From the NCBI GenBank assembly GCA_021740825.1, contig JAIOZA010000008.1:39864-103863 (forward strand): DNA of 64,000 nt. Direction: 5' to 3'. Shown here one piece after another: positions 8,992-18,822 of this stretch. The notes below the pieces were generated by a model, which saw only the letters and a list, made by a program, of their open reading frames with translations, was not told the DNA's origin and ran no database searches. Origin of the DNA: Bacteroidia bacterium. GTDB lineage: Bacteria; Bacteroidota; Bacteroidia; B-17B0; Aurantibacillaceae. The position numbers and the translations under genes were made by a program. The stretch's first letter is position 1. Each line of letters opens with the position of its first letter.

Positions 8992-9603
8992 TTATTTACC
9001 TTTTAAATCAGTTTCAATGTAAGAGGCAACTGCTTCAATTTGCTCAGAAGTTAAAGTTTCTTTGTAGGCAGCCATTGTATTTTTACCATTAGTAATAATA
9101 TCAACAATTCCCGAATGTTGTAATTGTGTTACAGATAAATCTTTTGCTCCACCCACACCTAATTTTCCATCATTACCATGACAAAGCATACATTTTTGTT
9201 CAAAAATTTCTTTACCACTTAATGCAATAATTTTATCTCCTGCTTTAGCTGCCTTTGCTTTGTAGGCTAAAGAAAAAGAAACAACAATTAAAAAAAACGA
9301 AAGCGTGGCCAATACCTTGTTTTTTTTCTTAAACCCAATAACTGCTAAAGGAATTGAAAGTAATACCAAAGCAATTTTTATATACATAAGTGTTGGAAAT
9401 GGCGAATGAGGCAATTGCGTAATTAAAAAAATACCTGTTGCTAAAAAGCCAAAACTTACTACCCTTTCTGCAACTTTTGTCTTCTTTTTAAATTTTTCTA
9501 AAAGTTCATCTCTATCACTTAATAATAAAATTGTTTTAATCAAATAAATTAAAGTAAATAACACTACAAATAATGTGTGTGAATGAAGCATGCCTGTAGC
9601 CAT
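8992..9603 (-). CDS. Membrane-anchored c-type cytochrome
   Basis: 203 aa with about four N-terminal hydrophobic helices, followed by a class I cytochrome c domain with the CMLCH haem-binding motif. Confidence 0.8.
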   Translation of the reverse strand: MATGMLHSHTLFVVLFTLIYLIKTILLLSDRDELLEKFKKKTKVAERVVSFGFLATGIFLITQLPHSPFPTLMYIKIALVLLSIPLAVIGFKKKNKVLATLSFFLIVVSFSLAYKAKAAKAGDKIIALSGKEIFEQKCMLCHGNDGKLGVGGAKDLSVTQLQHSGIVDIITNGKNTMAAYKETLTSEQIEAVASYIETDLKGK

Positions 9604-9688
9604 AGGTTAGTTTTTGATTTGATTCAAAATTAACAAATTATCTGTAATTAAAAACCATAAACTAATTTTAATAAATGAGTGATAATGC

Positions 9689-9696
9689 TATATTTG
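9689..9696 (+). promoter_or_regulatory. Candidate Bacteroidota -7 promoter box (TAnnTTTG)
   Basis: TATATTTG lies 20 nt upstream of the ATG at 9716. Confidence 0.3.
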
Positions 9697-9715
9697 TTAT
9701 AATAAAAACCAACTT

Positions 9716-12700
9716 ATGCATAAACTTCTTTTATTATTTTGCTCTGTATTTATAATTAGTAATAGTTTGAATAGTCAAACTACTTTTCCAGTTAATGGGG
9801 CACCAAATATAGTTCATACTATGTATGCTTTTACAAACTGCACACTGCATGTTGACGCCGATAATATAATTAATAACGCCACACTACTTATTCAGGATGG
9901 CGTGATAATTAAAGTTGCTGAAAAATTGGATTCGCCGAAAGAAGCCATTTCAATAGACTTAAAGGGAAAACATATTTATCCCGCATTTATTGATTTGTAT
10001 AGTGAATACGGAATGCCTGAAGTAAAAAGAAGCGAGCAAGCAGACGCTCCAAAAAAAGGGGCCTATGGTTGCAACCAAGCAATAAAAAGTGATTTTGAAG
10101 CCCATAAATTATTTTTGCATGATCAGCAAAAAGCTGACGAATTAAGAAAATTAGGATTTGCCTCTGTTTTAACTTCTCACAAAGATGGAATTGTGAGGGG
10201 ATCAGGATCATTGGTAAATTTGTGTAATGCCAAAGAAAATGAAAGTATTATTATGGATAGAGCAGCATCTTTTTATGCACTAAATAAAGGGACCTCGCCA
10301 CAAGATTATCCGTCCTCTTTAATGGGCGCCGTGGCTTTATTAAGGCAAACCTACTACGATGCCGATTGGTATAAAAACAATCAAACAAAAACGGAATATA
10401 ATATCACGTTAGATGCATTTAATAAATTAAAAGAATTACCTGCCATTTTTGAAGGGAATGATAAATACAATGATTTACGAGGAAAATTAATTGCAGATGA
10501 ATTTAAAATAAAATATATCATCAAGGGTGGTGGTAATGAATATCAAAGATTGTATGATATTCAAAATACAAATAGCGAGTTTATCATTCCTGTAAATTAT
10601 CCTGATGCTATTGACGTTGAAGATCCTTATGATGCAGAGCAAGCATCTTTAACAGACTTAAAACATTGGGAAATGGCTCCTTCCAATTTAGCAGCACTCG
10701 AAAAAAATTATATTCAATTTTGCATAACCACTGCCGATTTAAAAGATAAATCGCTCTTTTTAAAAAATGTAAGAAAAGCTATTGCTTATGGTTTATCTGA
10801 AAAAACAGCGCTAAGAGCTTTAACTTTTAATCCGGCAAAATTTATTGGAGTTCAAAATAAAATAGGCAGTTTAAAACAAGGTATGTTGGCTAATTTTTTC
10901 ATATGCTCTAAACCTATTTTTGAAGAAGACGCGATAATTTATGAAACTTGGAGCAAGGGTGTAAAACACGCTTATGATAATTTATCTCTTCCAAACATTG
11001 CAGGTACGTATGAACTAACGTATGGAGGAATTAAAAACAAAGTACTAATTTCAAAAGAGCAAGATAATTTATCCGGACTAATTTTCTTAAAAGACAGTAT
11101 GAAGGCAAAAGCGAATGTTGTATTTAAAAACAACTTGATAACTGTTAGCTTTCCATATGATTCAACATTTACAATGCGTTTGTCAGGCAATTATAATGAA
11201 TTGACAAAATCATTTGCTGGTGCCGGACAATATGCGAATGGCAGTTGGACCGACTTCACTTTAATTTATAAACCAATTTTAGATACTGCAAAAACTAAAA
11301 CGTCAGCCAAGGCAAAACAAACCATTGATTGTGGTAAGGTTTTTTATCCGTTTGTAGCTTATGGTGAACCAGAAGCAGAAAATACTGGATTAATAAAAGA
11401 TACGTGGTTGAAATTTAAAAAACGCTATGATGCATTACTTATTAAAAATGCTACAATCTGGACAAACGAAACGGACTCTATTTTAAAAGAACAAGATGTT
11501 TACATTGTTGATGGAAAAATTGTGCGTATTGCTCCTAATATTGATGTTCCTAAAACTGCCTTTGCTAAAATTATTGATGCAAAGGGCATGCACTTAACTC
11601 CTGGTATTATTGACGAGCATTCGCACATTGCCTTGTTTAGTGTGAATGAAGGTGCTGATGCTAGTAGTGCTGAAGTACGAATGGCAGATGTAATTAATCC
11701 GGATGATATTAATATTTACCGACAATTATCGGGAGGTGTTACAACTGCGCAATTATTGCATGGCTCTGCAAATCCTATTGGCGGACAAAGTTGTTTAATA
11801 AAGTTACGTTGGGGTAAGAGTCCACAAGAATTTAAATACGAAAAAGCCCCAGGATTTATAAAATTTGCTTTAGGAGAAAACGTAAAACATTCTAATGGTT
11901 TAAATCCTGATCAGGTTAGATTTCCTCAAACCCGAATGGGCGTTGAACAATTGTATTATGATTATTTTACAAGAGCAACGGCATACAAAAAACAATTTGC
12001 AGATTTCACAAAACTTGCCCCAAAAGAAATAGAAAAAAACAAAATCACATCTCCTCGCAAAGATTTAGATTTAGAAGCGCTTACTGAAATACTAGATGGT
12101 AATCGTTTTATTACTTGCCACAGTTATGTGCAAAGCGAAATAAACATGTTAATGCATGTAGCTGATAGTATGAAATTTAAAGTAAACACCTTTACTCATA
12201 TTTTAGAAGGGTATAAATTAGCTGATAAAATGAAAGCGCACGGTGCAAATGCTTCTACGTTTGCCGATTGGTGGGCTTATAAACTAGAAGTTATGGATGC
12301 TATTCCGCACAATGCAGCAATGCTTACAAAGGCAGGCGTAAATACGGCAATCAATTCTGATGATGCTGAAATGGGAAGACGATTAAATCAAGAAGCTGCG
12401 AAGTCAATTAAATATGGAGGATTAACGGAAATACAAGCGTTAAAATTAATTACTTTAAACCCTGCAAAAATGTTACACATTGATGATAAAGTGGGAAGTA
12501 TTAAAGTAGGTAAAGTTGCAGATTTAGTTTTATGGTCGGATAACCCGTTAAGTATTTACACTAAAGTAAACACTACCATTATTGATGGGCAAATTTATTA
12601 TGACAAAGATGAAGATGCTAAATTACGAGAAGACATCAAAAAAGAACGTGCTCGCATTATTGCGAAATTAATAGTAGAGAAAAATAAGGGTGCTAAAGTA

Positions 12701-12763
12701 ATAAAGCCGCAACCTAAAAAACAAAACCGCTTTCACTGTGATACCGAGGACAGTGGTTTGTAA
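9716..12763 (+). CDS. Large amidohydrolase-family protein (two metal-dependent hydrolase modules), secreted
   Basis: 1015 aa with a signal peptide. GIIDEHSHIAL and INSDDAE motifs indicate the amidohydrolase superfamily. Confidence 0.85.
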   Translation: MHKLLLLFCSVFIISNSLNSQTTFPVNGAPNIVHTMYAFTNCTLHVDADNIINNATLLIQDGVIIKVAEKLDSPKEAISIDLKGKHIYPAFIDLYSEYGMPEVKRSEQADAPKKGAYGCNQAIKSDFEAHKLFLHDQQKADELRKLGFASVLTSHKDGIVRGSGSLVNLCNAKENESIIMDRAASFYALNKGTSPQDYPSSLMGAVALLRQTYYDADWYKNNQTKTEYNITLDAFNKLKELPAIFEGNDKYNDLRGKLIADEFKIKYIIKGGGNEYQRLYDIQNTNSEFIIPVNYPDAIDVEDPYDAEQASLTDLKHWEMAPSNLAALEKNYIQFCITTADLKDKSLFLKNVRKAIAYGLSEKTALRALTFNPAKFIGVQNKIGSLKQGMLANFFICSKPIFEEDAIIYETWSKGVKHAYDNLSLPNIAGTYELTYGGIKNKVLISKEQDNLSGLIFLKDSMKAKANVVFKNNLITVSFPYDSTFTMRLSGNYNELTKSFAGAGQYANGSWTDFTLIYKPILDTAKTKTSAKAKQTIDCGKVFYPFVAYGEPEAENTGLIKDTWLKFKKRYDALLIKNATIWTNETDSILKEQDVYIVDGKIVRIAPNIDVPKTAFAKIIDAKGMHLTPGIIDEHSHIALFSVNEGADASSAEVRMADVINPDDINIYRQLSGGVTTAQLLHGSANPIGGQSCLIKLRWGKSPQEFKYEKAPGFIKFALGENVKHSNGLNPDQVRFPQTRMGVEQLYYDYFTRATAYKKQFADFTKLAPKEIEKNKITSPRKDLDLEALTEILDGNRFITCHSYVQSEINMLMHVADSMKFKVNTFTHILEGYKLADKMKAHGANASTFADWWAYKLEVMDAIPHNAAMLTKAGVNTAINSDDAEMGRRLNQEAAKSIKYGGLTEIQALKLITLNPAKMLHIDDKVGSIKVGKVADLVLWSDNPLSIYTKVNTTIIDGQIYYDKDEDAKLREDIKKERARIIAKLIVEKNKGAKVIKPQPKKQNRFHCDTEDSGL

Positions 12764-12770
12764 ACTAAAT

Positions 12771-13232
12771 TTACTTTGTTAAGTATTTTTGTAGCCACGT
12801 ATGATGCAATGGCTGCTTCCAATTAGTTTCTAATTGCTTAGATTCAGTAATTGTATTATCAAATACTAAAGTGTTACCAGAAATAATATTAGCTGATAGC
12901 AACTCTTTTATTTGTGCAGATTTAACCACCTCCACTTGATTATTATTTTCGTAAGCTACTAATAAACGATTTAGCAATTCAATCGAAAATGCTTGTTCTA
13001 ATTCTTTTACAAAGCGAACTTGTTTATCAATACTACAACCACTGGCGTTATATTTATCTTCATTAACTTTAAAAATCAATAATCGATTTTGGTATAATTC
13101 AAAAGAAGCATCTAAACTCACGTCGTGCGCCGTCCAGCCGCTTACAAAGTTTTGACAACGATTTTTGAAATCAACTAATTGTTCGATGCTTAACTCTTTA
13201 CTTAAAGTATAAATCCAAATACGCTCGTTCAT
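12771..13232 (-). CDS. Conserved hypothetical protein (153 aa)
   Basis: The listed ORF extends to 13367, but that extension overlaps the upstream gene. An ATG at 13232 (MNERIWIY...) lies 10 nt after the upstream stop. I recognise no motif. Confidence 0.6.
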   Translation of the reverse strand: MNERIWIYTLSKELSIEQLVDFKNRCQNFVSGWTAHDVSLDASFELYQNRLLIFKVNEDKYNASGCSIDKQVRFVKELEQAFSIELLNRLLVAYENNNQVEVVKSAQIKELLSANIISGNTLVFDNTITESKQLETNWKQPLHHTWLQKYLTK

Positions 13233-13242
13233 AATATTACTC

Positions 13243-14661
13243 TTAAATAAATTTACATTTACGACTGGCAAAAGCGCACATACGTAATAAAATGATGCCG
13301 TGTTTAAAACGAGAAATATTGGTTTCTCCATAAGTACGATCTCTGTACTTAATTGGAATTTCAACAATTTTTAAATTCAATTTATGCGCGCCGAACAATA
13401 AATCAAAATCTCCGAAAGGATCAAACTCACCAAAATAGGTTCTGTTCTTAGTTAGTTTAATGTAGTCTTTCCTAAACATCACTTTCGTTCCACATAATGT
13501 ATCCTTAAATCGTTGGTCGAGTAACCAAGTAAATACCCAACTAAAGAAATGATTACCTAAATAATTTAAAAAACGCATCGCTTCTCCCTCCATCGGATAT
13601 ACTAAACGTGTGCCATTAATAAAATCGCCTTTGCTTCCTGCAATCGCATCATAAAATTTAGGAATATCTTCTGGTGGCACCGTTAAGTCAGCATCCAAAA
13701 TCATTAAGATGTCGCCTGTTGCAATTTTATAGCCTTCACGCACCGCATCTGCTTTTCCTTTTCCTTTTTGCTGGCCAATTTTTATATCATGTGTGTCCTT
13801 ATATTTGTATTGAATCTCTTGAATTTTTTGCCAAGTATCATCTGTACTATTTCCTTCAATAAAAATAATCTCTACATGCTTCCCAAATTTTGGTAACCGG
13901 CTAATGGCATTTTCAATATTACCACTTTCGTTACGAGCAGGAATAACAACCGTTGTAGAGTATTTCGTTTTATAATCGTCTGGATTGCTTAATGGTAAAG
14001 GTTTTGCAAACGAATAGGTATTTAAACTAAAGAATCTAAAGAAAGGAAACTTCGCTAAAAACAAATTATGTAACTCTGCAATTAACGGAATATAAAAAGG
14101 AAAAATAAATCGTTTACTATTTCTATAAACATCAAATCCAGATACAAATAATAAATTGTTTACATCTTTTGTGTTTAACCAATTTTGAGTAGGTGTTTTA
14201 GTTTTTAATCCAATTAATTCCGCAAATTTCAACGCGGGTTCCCATAAGGAGTTATAGTACTGAACAATTATTTTTGTGTTTGGGTGACATACTTTTTGTA
14301 CTTGTTCAAATACCACTTGTATATCTTCAACAAAACCAATCAAATTACTTATAATAACAAAATCATACTTTTGTGTAAGTGTTATATTATTAGCGTCCAT
14401 TAAAATGAATTCAATATTCTTGCCCGAATGTTTTTCTTTAGCCCAAGCAATTTGTCCTTCGCTAAAATCTATTCCTACTTTTCTGCTTCCGGCAATTCCT
14501 GCTAACAAATCTCCACATCCACAACCAACTTCCAAAACAGAACTATCTTCGTGCGAAAAATAATTACAATAATTCGTAATTTCTTTCCAATAGTAATTTG
14601 ATAGTCCACGCCCTTTTCTTTTAGAAGCAATGATGTTAAAATATTCTTTAATGTTTTGCAA
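13243..14661 (-). CDS. Fusion of class I SAM-dependent methyltransferase and family 2 glycosyltransferase
   Basis: 472 aa. The N-terminal part has the VLEVGCGCGDLL SAM-binding motif. The C-terminal part has VVIPARNESGNI and ILDADLT GT2 motifs. Confidence 0.8.
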   Translation of the reverse strand: MQNIKEYFNIIASKRKGRGLSNYYWKEITNYCNYFSHEDSSVLEVGCGCGDLLAGIAGSRKVGIDFSEGQIAWAKEKHSGKNIEFILMDANNITLTQKYDFVIISNLIGFVEDIQVVFEQVQKVCHPNTKIIVQYYNSLWEPALKFAELIGLKTKTPTQNWLNTKDVNNLLFVSGFDVYRNSKRFIFPFYIPLIAELHNLFLAKFPFFRFFSLNTYSFAKPLPLSNPDDYKTKYSTTVVIPARNESGNIENAISRLPKFGKHVEIIFIEGNSTDDTWQKIQEIQYKYKDTHDIKIGQQKGKGKADAVREGYKIATGDILMILDADLTVPPEDIPKFYDAIAGSKGDFINGTRLVYPMEGEAMRFLNYLGNHFFSWVFTWLLDQRFKDTLCGTKVMFRKDYIKLTKNRTYFGEFDPFGDFDLLFGAHKLNLKIVEIPIKYRDRTYGETNISRFKHGIILLRMCAFASRKCKFI

Positions 14662-15049
14662 AATCTGTTTTTTTAGATAGGCTAATTTACAAGTTTAAAT
14701 TAAATGTATGAGCTTTAAACTAAAATAATTGAATTTCGAGAAGTTAAATAGGCGATTTACTTAAACACGTATTATTACTTATTTCTACCAACACAGTACT
14801 TAAAAATGAGTTGTTTGATAGTTTATTAAATCACTTTAATAATTAGGATTAAATCATCGCAACTTTTGACAACCCTCATTTAAAAAAACGACTCCATCAT
14901 TTTACTTTACCAATAGTTTATGATTATTTGAAGGTATTGAACAAGTACATCATGGATTAAGAAAATTAGCTTGTTTATTATTTAACACTAATAATATAAT
15001 ACGTCTAATTTGCAATAAAGTGGCAGAACTTTTTTAAAAAAAGGAAAGA

Positions 15050-16519
15050 ATGAGTAAATATAAATTGCTTTTATGTTTTTTGTACATGATGATTATTGGA
15101 TGTAAATGTCAGGACAGCAAAATGGATTTTATGCACAAAAAGAATACTGAAAGCGTATTTGAAGAAAAGCAAAGAAAGGATAGTGAAATTCTCCATCTAA
15201 ATTCTAAAGAAAAGTTGCAAGGCCAACATTATACGTTTAGAGAAGCAGCAAAAAAAGTGATATCAGGTGTGGTGCACATCAAATCTACATATACCAATCA
15301 ATTTAATCAATTTTCGGACCCAACTATTAGTGATTTTTGGCGCCATTTTTTTTCGGAATTTGATGAGCAAAAATATAAAATTGAGGCTTCGGGCGTTATT
15401 GTAAGTAGCGATGGTTATATTGTTACAAATGATCATGTAGTTGAAAATGCAGATGAGGTGGAGGTAATACTTCACAATAAAAAATCGTATAAGGCAAAAA
15501 TTATTGGAATTGATCCTGATACCGATCTAGCATTATTAAAAATTCAGGAAAAAAATTTGAATTTTATAGAATTTGGTAATTCCGATAATACAGAAGTTGG
15601 TGATTGGGTTCTTGCTGTTGGCAATCCTTTCAATTTAACGTCAACGGTCACATCGGGTATTATAAGTGCTAAGGCAAGAACAATTAATATCTCTAGCAAG
15701 AAAAACGCAATTGAATCTTATATACAAACAGATGCTGCCATGAATGTTGGAAATAGTGGCGGCGCATTAGTTGATGAGCAAGGAAAATTAATTGGCGTTA
15801 ATGCTGCTATTACAACCTCTACTGGTTCTTATGCTGGCTATTCCTTTGCAATTCCAATAAATATAGTAAAAAAAATAATTGACGATTTATTACTTAATGG
15901 AAAAGTCAAACGAGGTTATTTAGGAATGATTTTAAAGGATATTTCTGAGAATAGTGCTAAGCAACTTAGCACCACTATTACAAATGGTGTTTATGTGGAT
16001 AGCTTACTAAAAGGTGGAGCAGCTTTTGAAGCCAATATGCAAACGAAAGATATAATTTTAGCAATAGGAAATCGAAAAGTAGAAACACTATCGCAACTTC
16101 ATGAAGTGATAGCGCAACATAGTCCCGGAGAGAAAATTATACTTACTATTGATCGTATGGGCCAAGAAAAAAAAATTCTCCTCACACTAAAAGAATACGA
16201 TGGCACTGAAGCAAATAATTTAATTGCCAATGTTGAAACGTTAGTTAAATTAGGAATTAAAATAGATGAATTGAGTGAAAAAGAAAAGAATAAATTCAAG
16301 CTTAGAAATGGTTTGAAAATAACTGAAATACTTCCAGGAAAAATAAATGATTATACTACTATTAAAAAAGGGTTTATTATTTTAAAAATTAATGATAAAT
16401 CTGTTTTTACAAGAGAGGATTTTATAAAAGAATATTTAACTGCTGAAAAACTAATTACGATAGAAGGAACTTATGCAAATTTCCCAGGTTTTTTCTATTT
16501 CACGTTTCCGATTCAATAA
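15050..16519 (+). CDS. HtrA/DegP/DegQ-family periplasmic serine protease with PDZ domains
   Basis: 489 aa. The catalytic triad context is TNDHVV, DLALLKI and GNSGGALV, followed by PDZ-like regions. Confidence 0.9.
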   Translation: MSKYKLLLCFLYMMIIGCKCQDSKMDFMHKKNTESVFEEKQRKDSEILHLNSKEKLQGQHYTFREAAKKVISGVVHIKSTYTNQFNQFSDPTISDFWRHFFSEFDEQKYKIEASGVIVSSDGYIVTNDHVVENADEVEVILHNKKSYKAKIIGIDPDTDLALLKIQEKNLNFIEFGNSDNTEVGDWVLAVGNPFNLTSTVTSGIISAKARTINISSKKNAIESYIQTDAAMNVGNSGGALVDEQGKLIGVNAAITTSTGSYAGYSFAIPINIVKKIIDDLLLNGKVKRGYLGMILKDISENSAKQLSTTITNGVYVDSLLKGGAAFEANMQTKDIILAIGNRKVETLSQLHEVIAQHSPGEKIILTIDRMGQEKKILLTLKEYDGTEANNLIANVETLVKLGIKIDELSEKEKNKFKLRNGLKITEILPGKINDYTTIKKGFIILKINDKSVFTREDFIKEYLTAEKLITIEGTYANFPGFFYFTFPIQ

Positions 16520-16736
16520 TGGCCTGTTTACTTTAACACGCAAATTAACTCGTTTTAGTTTAATTACTAATTCCATTTTTATTGTTATGATGTACTTATT
16601 TTATTAGTAAAATGAGCGTTTAATTTAAAATAGTAGCTTTGACAGCTATATTGTTTGCATAATAAAAAAATCACAACTATTTTTTATATAGAAGTAAGTC
16701 TTGTATCTTTTTTAATTAATTTTACAAGACTAAATT

Positions 16737-17702
16737 GTGCAAAAAATAAAACAAAGCCACCTTACCTTTATAGTAAAAATACTGATTGGTGTTTTAAGCT
16801 TTTGGATTATTTATAATCGCTTAACAACCCTGCCAAATTTAACAGTAGATTTCCTTTTATTATTTACAAAGCCAAGCGTGTATGGCGCAATATTATTAGT
16901 TTTATTTTTAATGCCAATAAATTGGGGCATTGAAAGTTATAAATGGAAGTCTATCACCACGCAAACTGAGTCCGTTTCTTATTTTACCGCTTTAAAATCA
17001 GTTTTTTCAGGCGTTTGTGTTGGGAATATTGCGCCTGGTAGAGCACTTGAATTTGCAGCCAAAATTATTTTCTTTAAACAAGAAAACAGACCAACTATTG
17101 CTGTATTGCATTTTATTAATGGGATGTTTCAAATGCTTATTACTGTTGCTGTTGGTGTTTTATCAATTACTATTAAGCTCAATCAAAACAATCATTCTAA
17201 TACTATTATCTATTTTGCAATAGCAGCAGGAATAGCGTTCATTTTTTTCTTTTTGTGGGCAATTAATAATGTTTCAATTATTCAAAATAAAATAAAATTC
17301 ATTAAATGGTTTCAAAAAATGAGTGATGTTGCAGATATTAAATTATCAAAAGCACTTATTTTGAAGCTCATATCGTTATCCATTGTTAGATATTTAGTTT
17401 TTACCAGTCAATTTTATATCATTTATAATGCTCTTTTACCGCAAAACCAATTAGTGGATATTTTTATTAGTATTGCCGCGTATTTTATGCTTACTAGTCT
17501 TATTCCAATGATTAGTGTTATTGAACCGGCTATTAGAGCTGCTATTGCATTATTTGTTTTCAACAATACCGGAAGCGATAGTATTATTATTGTATTATCT
17601 TCAACATTTGTTTGGTTAATTAATGTCGTTTTACCGAGCATTGTTGGTTATATTATTATTTTAAAGGAAAATATAGATTTTAAATTTAGCCGTGCTAGTT
17701 GA
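16737..17702 (+). CDS. Polytopic membrane protein, flippase-like (lysylphosphatidylglycerol synthase TM-region/UPF0104-like)
   Basis: 321 aa with about 8 hydrophobic segments and a GTG start. Its pairing with a downstream GT2 gene is typical of this family. Confidence 0.6.
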   Translation: MQKIKQSHLTFIVKILIGVLSFWIIYNRLTTLPNLTVDFLLLFTKPSVYGAILLVLFLMPINWGIESYKWKSITTQTESVSYFTALKSVFSGVCVGNIAPGRALEFAAKIIFFKQENRPTIAVLHFINGMFQMLITVAVGVLSITIKLNQNNHSNTIIYFAIAAGIAFIFFFLWAINNVSIIQNKIKFIKWFQKMSDVADIKLSKALILKLISLSIVRYLVFTSQFYIIYNALLPQNQLVDIFISIAAYFMLTSLIPMISVIEPAIRAAIALFVFNNTGSDSIIIVLSSTFVWLINVVLPSIVGYIIILKENIDFKFSRAS

Positions 17703-18822
17703 GTTATTTATATATGCACTTATTATACTAGCGTATGGTATTTTTATAGGCATTGCCATTATTGGATTCGTGAGATTAAAGGCAAGTTTATTAGAAAAGA
17801 AAGAAATCAATAGTTCTTATATTTCAATTATCATATCAGCCAGAAATGAAGCTGAAAATATAGAAGATTGCATAGCACAAATTGTAAACCAGAACTACCC
17901 TAAAGATAATTTTGAATTAATTATAGTTGACGATAATTCGGATGATGACACCTACAATATTGTATTTAATGTTTTAAAGGATTCCGGTTTATCTTCCCAA
18001 CTTGTTAAACAAATAAATCATAAAGGCAAAAAGCACAATATAAGCGAATCCGTAAAAATTTCTAAGGGATCTATTATTATTACCACCGACGCTGATGTTA
18101 TATTGAGATCACCAAACTGGTTAAGCACAATTAGCAATTACTTTAACACCTATTCTCCAAACATGTTAGTTATGCCTATTGATTATGAAAGTAATACAGG
18201 TTTGTTAGGTAATTTTCAAGTTATAGAAAACATTGCATTAACAGGTATAACTTCTGGATATTGTGGTTTGCAAAAACCATTTATGTGTAATGGGGCAAAT
18301 TTAGCATTTAAAAAACGTGTTTTTGAGCAAGTACATGGCTATCAATCTCACCTTCATATTTCTTCTGGTGAGGATGTGTTTTTATTAGAAGATATAAAAA
18401 AAATTGATTCAAATTCAATTCATTATGGCTTATTAAAAGATTTAATTGTAAAAACTAAAACTATAAATACAATGCCCGCATTTTTAAATCAACGTATTAG
18501 ATGGGCTTACAAATCAAAATACAATCCAAACCTCATGAATCTTTTTAGTGGATTTGTAATCATTGCGGCTAATCTATTGATTGTTTGTTTGCTTTTAGCA
18601 ATGCTTACAAAATCAGTTGTAGCGCCTTACTTATTAATTTTTGTAATTGTAAAGTTTGTATTTGATTTTTTGTTGGTATTTTTAGCTTCAAAATTTTTAG
18701 GTCGCATCAAATTTATGTGGTGGTTTATTCCTTTTGAAAGCATATATTGGATGTATGTTTTAATTGTAGGAACAGCCTCGTTATTTTTAAAACCGAATTG
18801 GAAAGGAAAAAAAATTAATTGA
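17692..18822 (+). CDS. Membrane-bound family 2 glycosyltransferase
   Basis: 376 aa. SIIISARNE, IVDDNSDD, TDAD and QRIRW motifs are present, with C-terminal TM helices. The GTG start overlaps the upstream gene by 11 nt. Confidence 0.8.
   Translation: MLVELFIYALIILAYGIFIGIAIIGFVRLKASLLEKKEINSSYISIIISARNEAENIEDCIAQIVNQNYPKDNFELIIVDDNSDDDTYNIVFNVLKDSGLSSQLVKQINHKGKKHNISESVKISKGSIIITTDADVILRSPNWLSTISNYFNTYSPNMLVMPIDYESNTGLLGNFQVIENIALTGITSGYCGLQKPFMCNGANLAFKKRVFEQVHGYQSHLHISSGEDVFLLEDIKKIDSNSIHYGLLKDLIVKTKTINTMPAFLNQRIRWAYKSKYNPNLMNLFSGFVIIAANLLIVCLLLAMLTKSVVAPYLLIFVIVKFVFDFLLVFLASKFLGRIKFMWWFIPFESIYWMYVLIVGTASLFLKPNWKGKKIN

Noticed and set aside
12771-13367. N-terminal extension of the 198-aa ORF overlapping the methyltransferase/GT2 gene by 125 nt.
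   Set aside because: The extension is hydrophobic junk on the opposite frame of a well-supported CDS. An ATG at 13232 lies 10 nt after the upstream stop and gives a sensible start.
14662-15049. A 388-nt intergenic region upstream of the HtrA protease, considered for a structured RNA or small ORF.
   Set aside because: I found no convincing stem-loops, repeats or ORF. It is probably just promoter and leader sequence.
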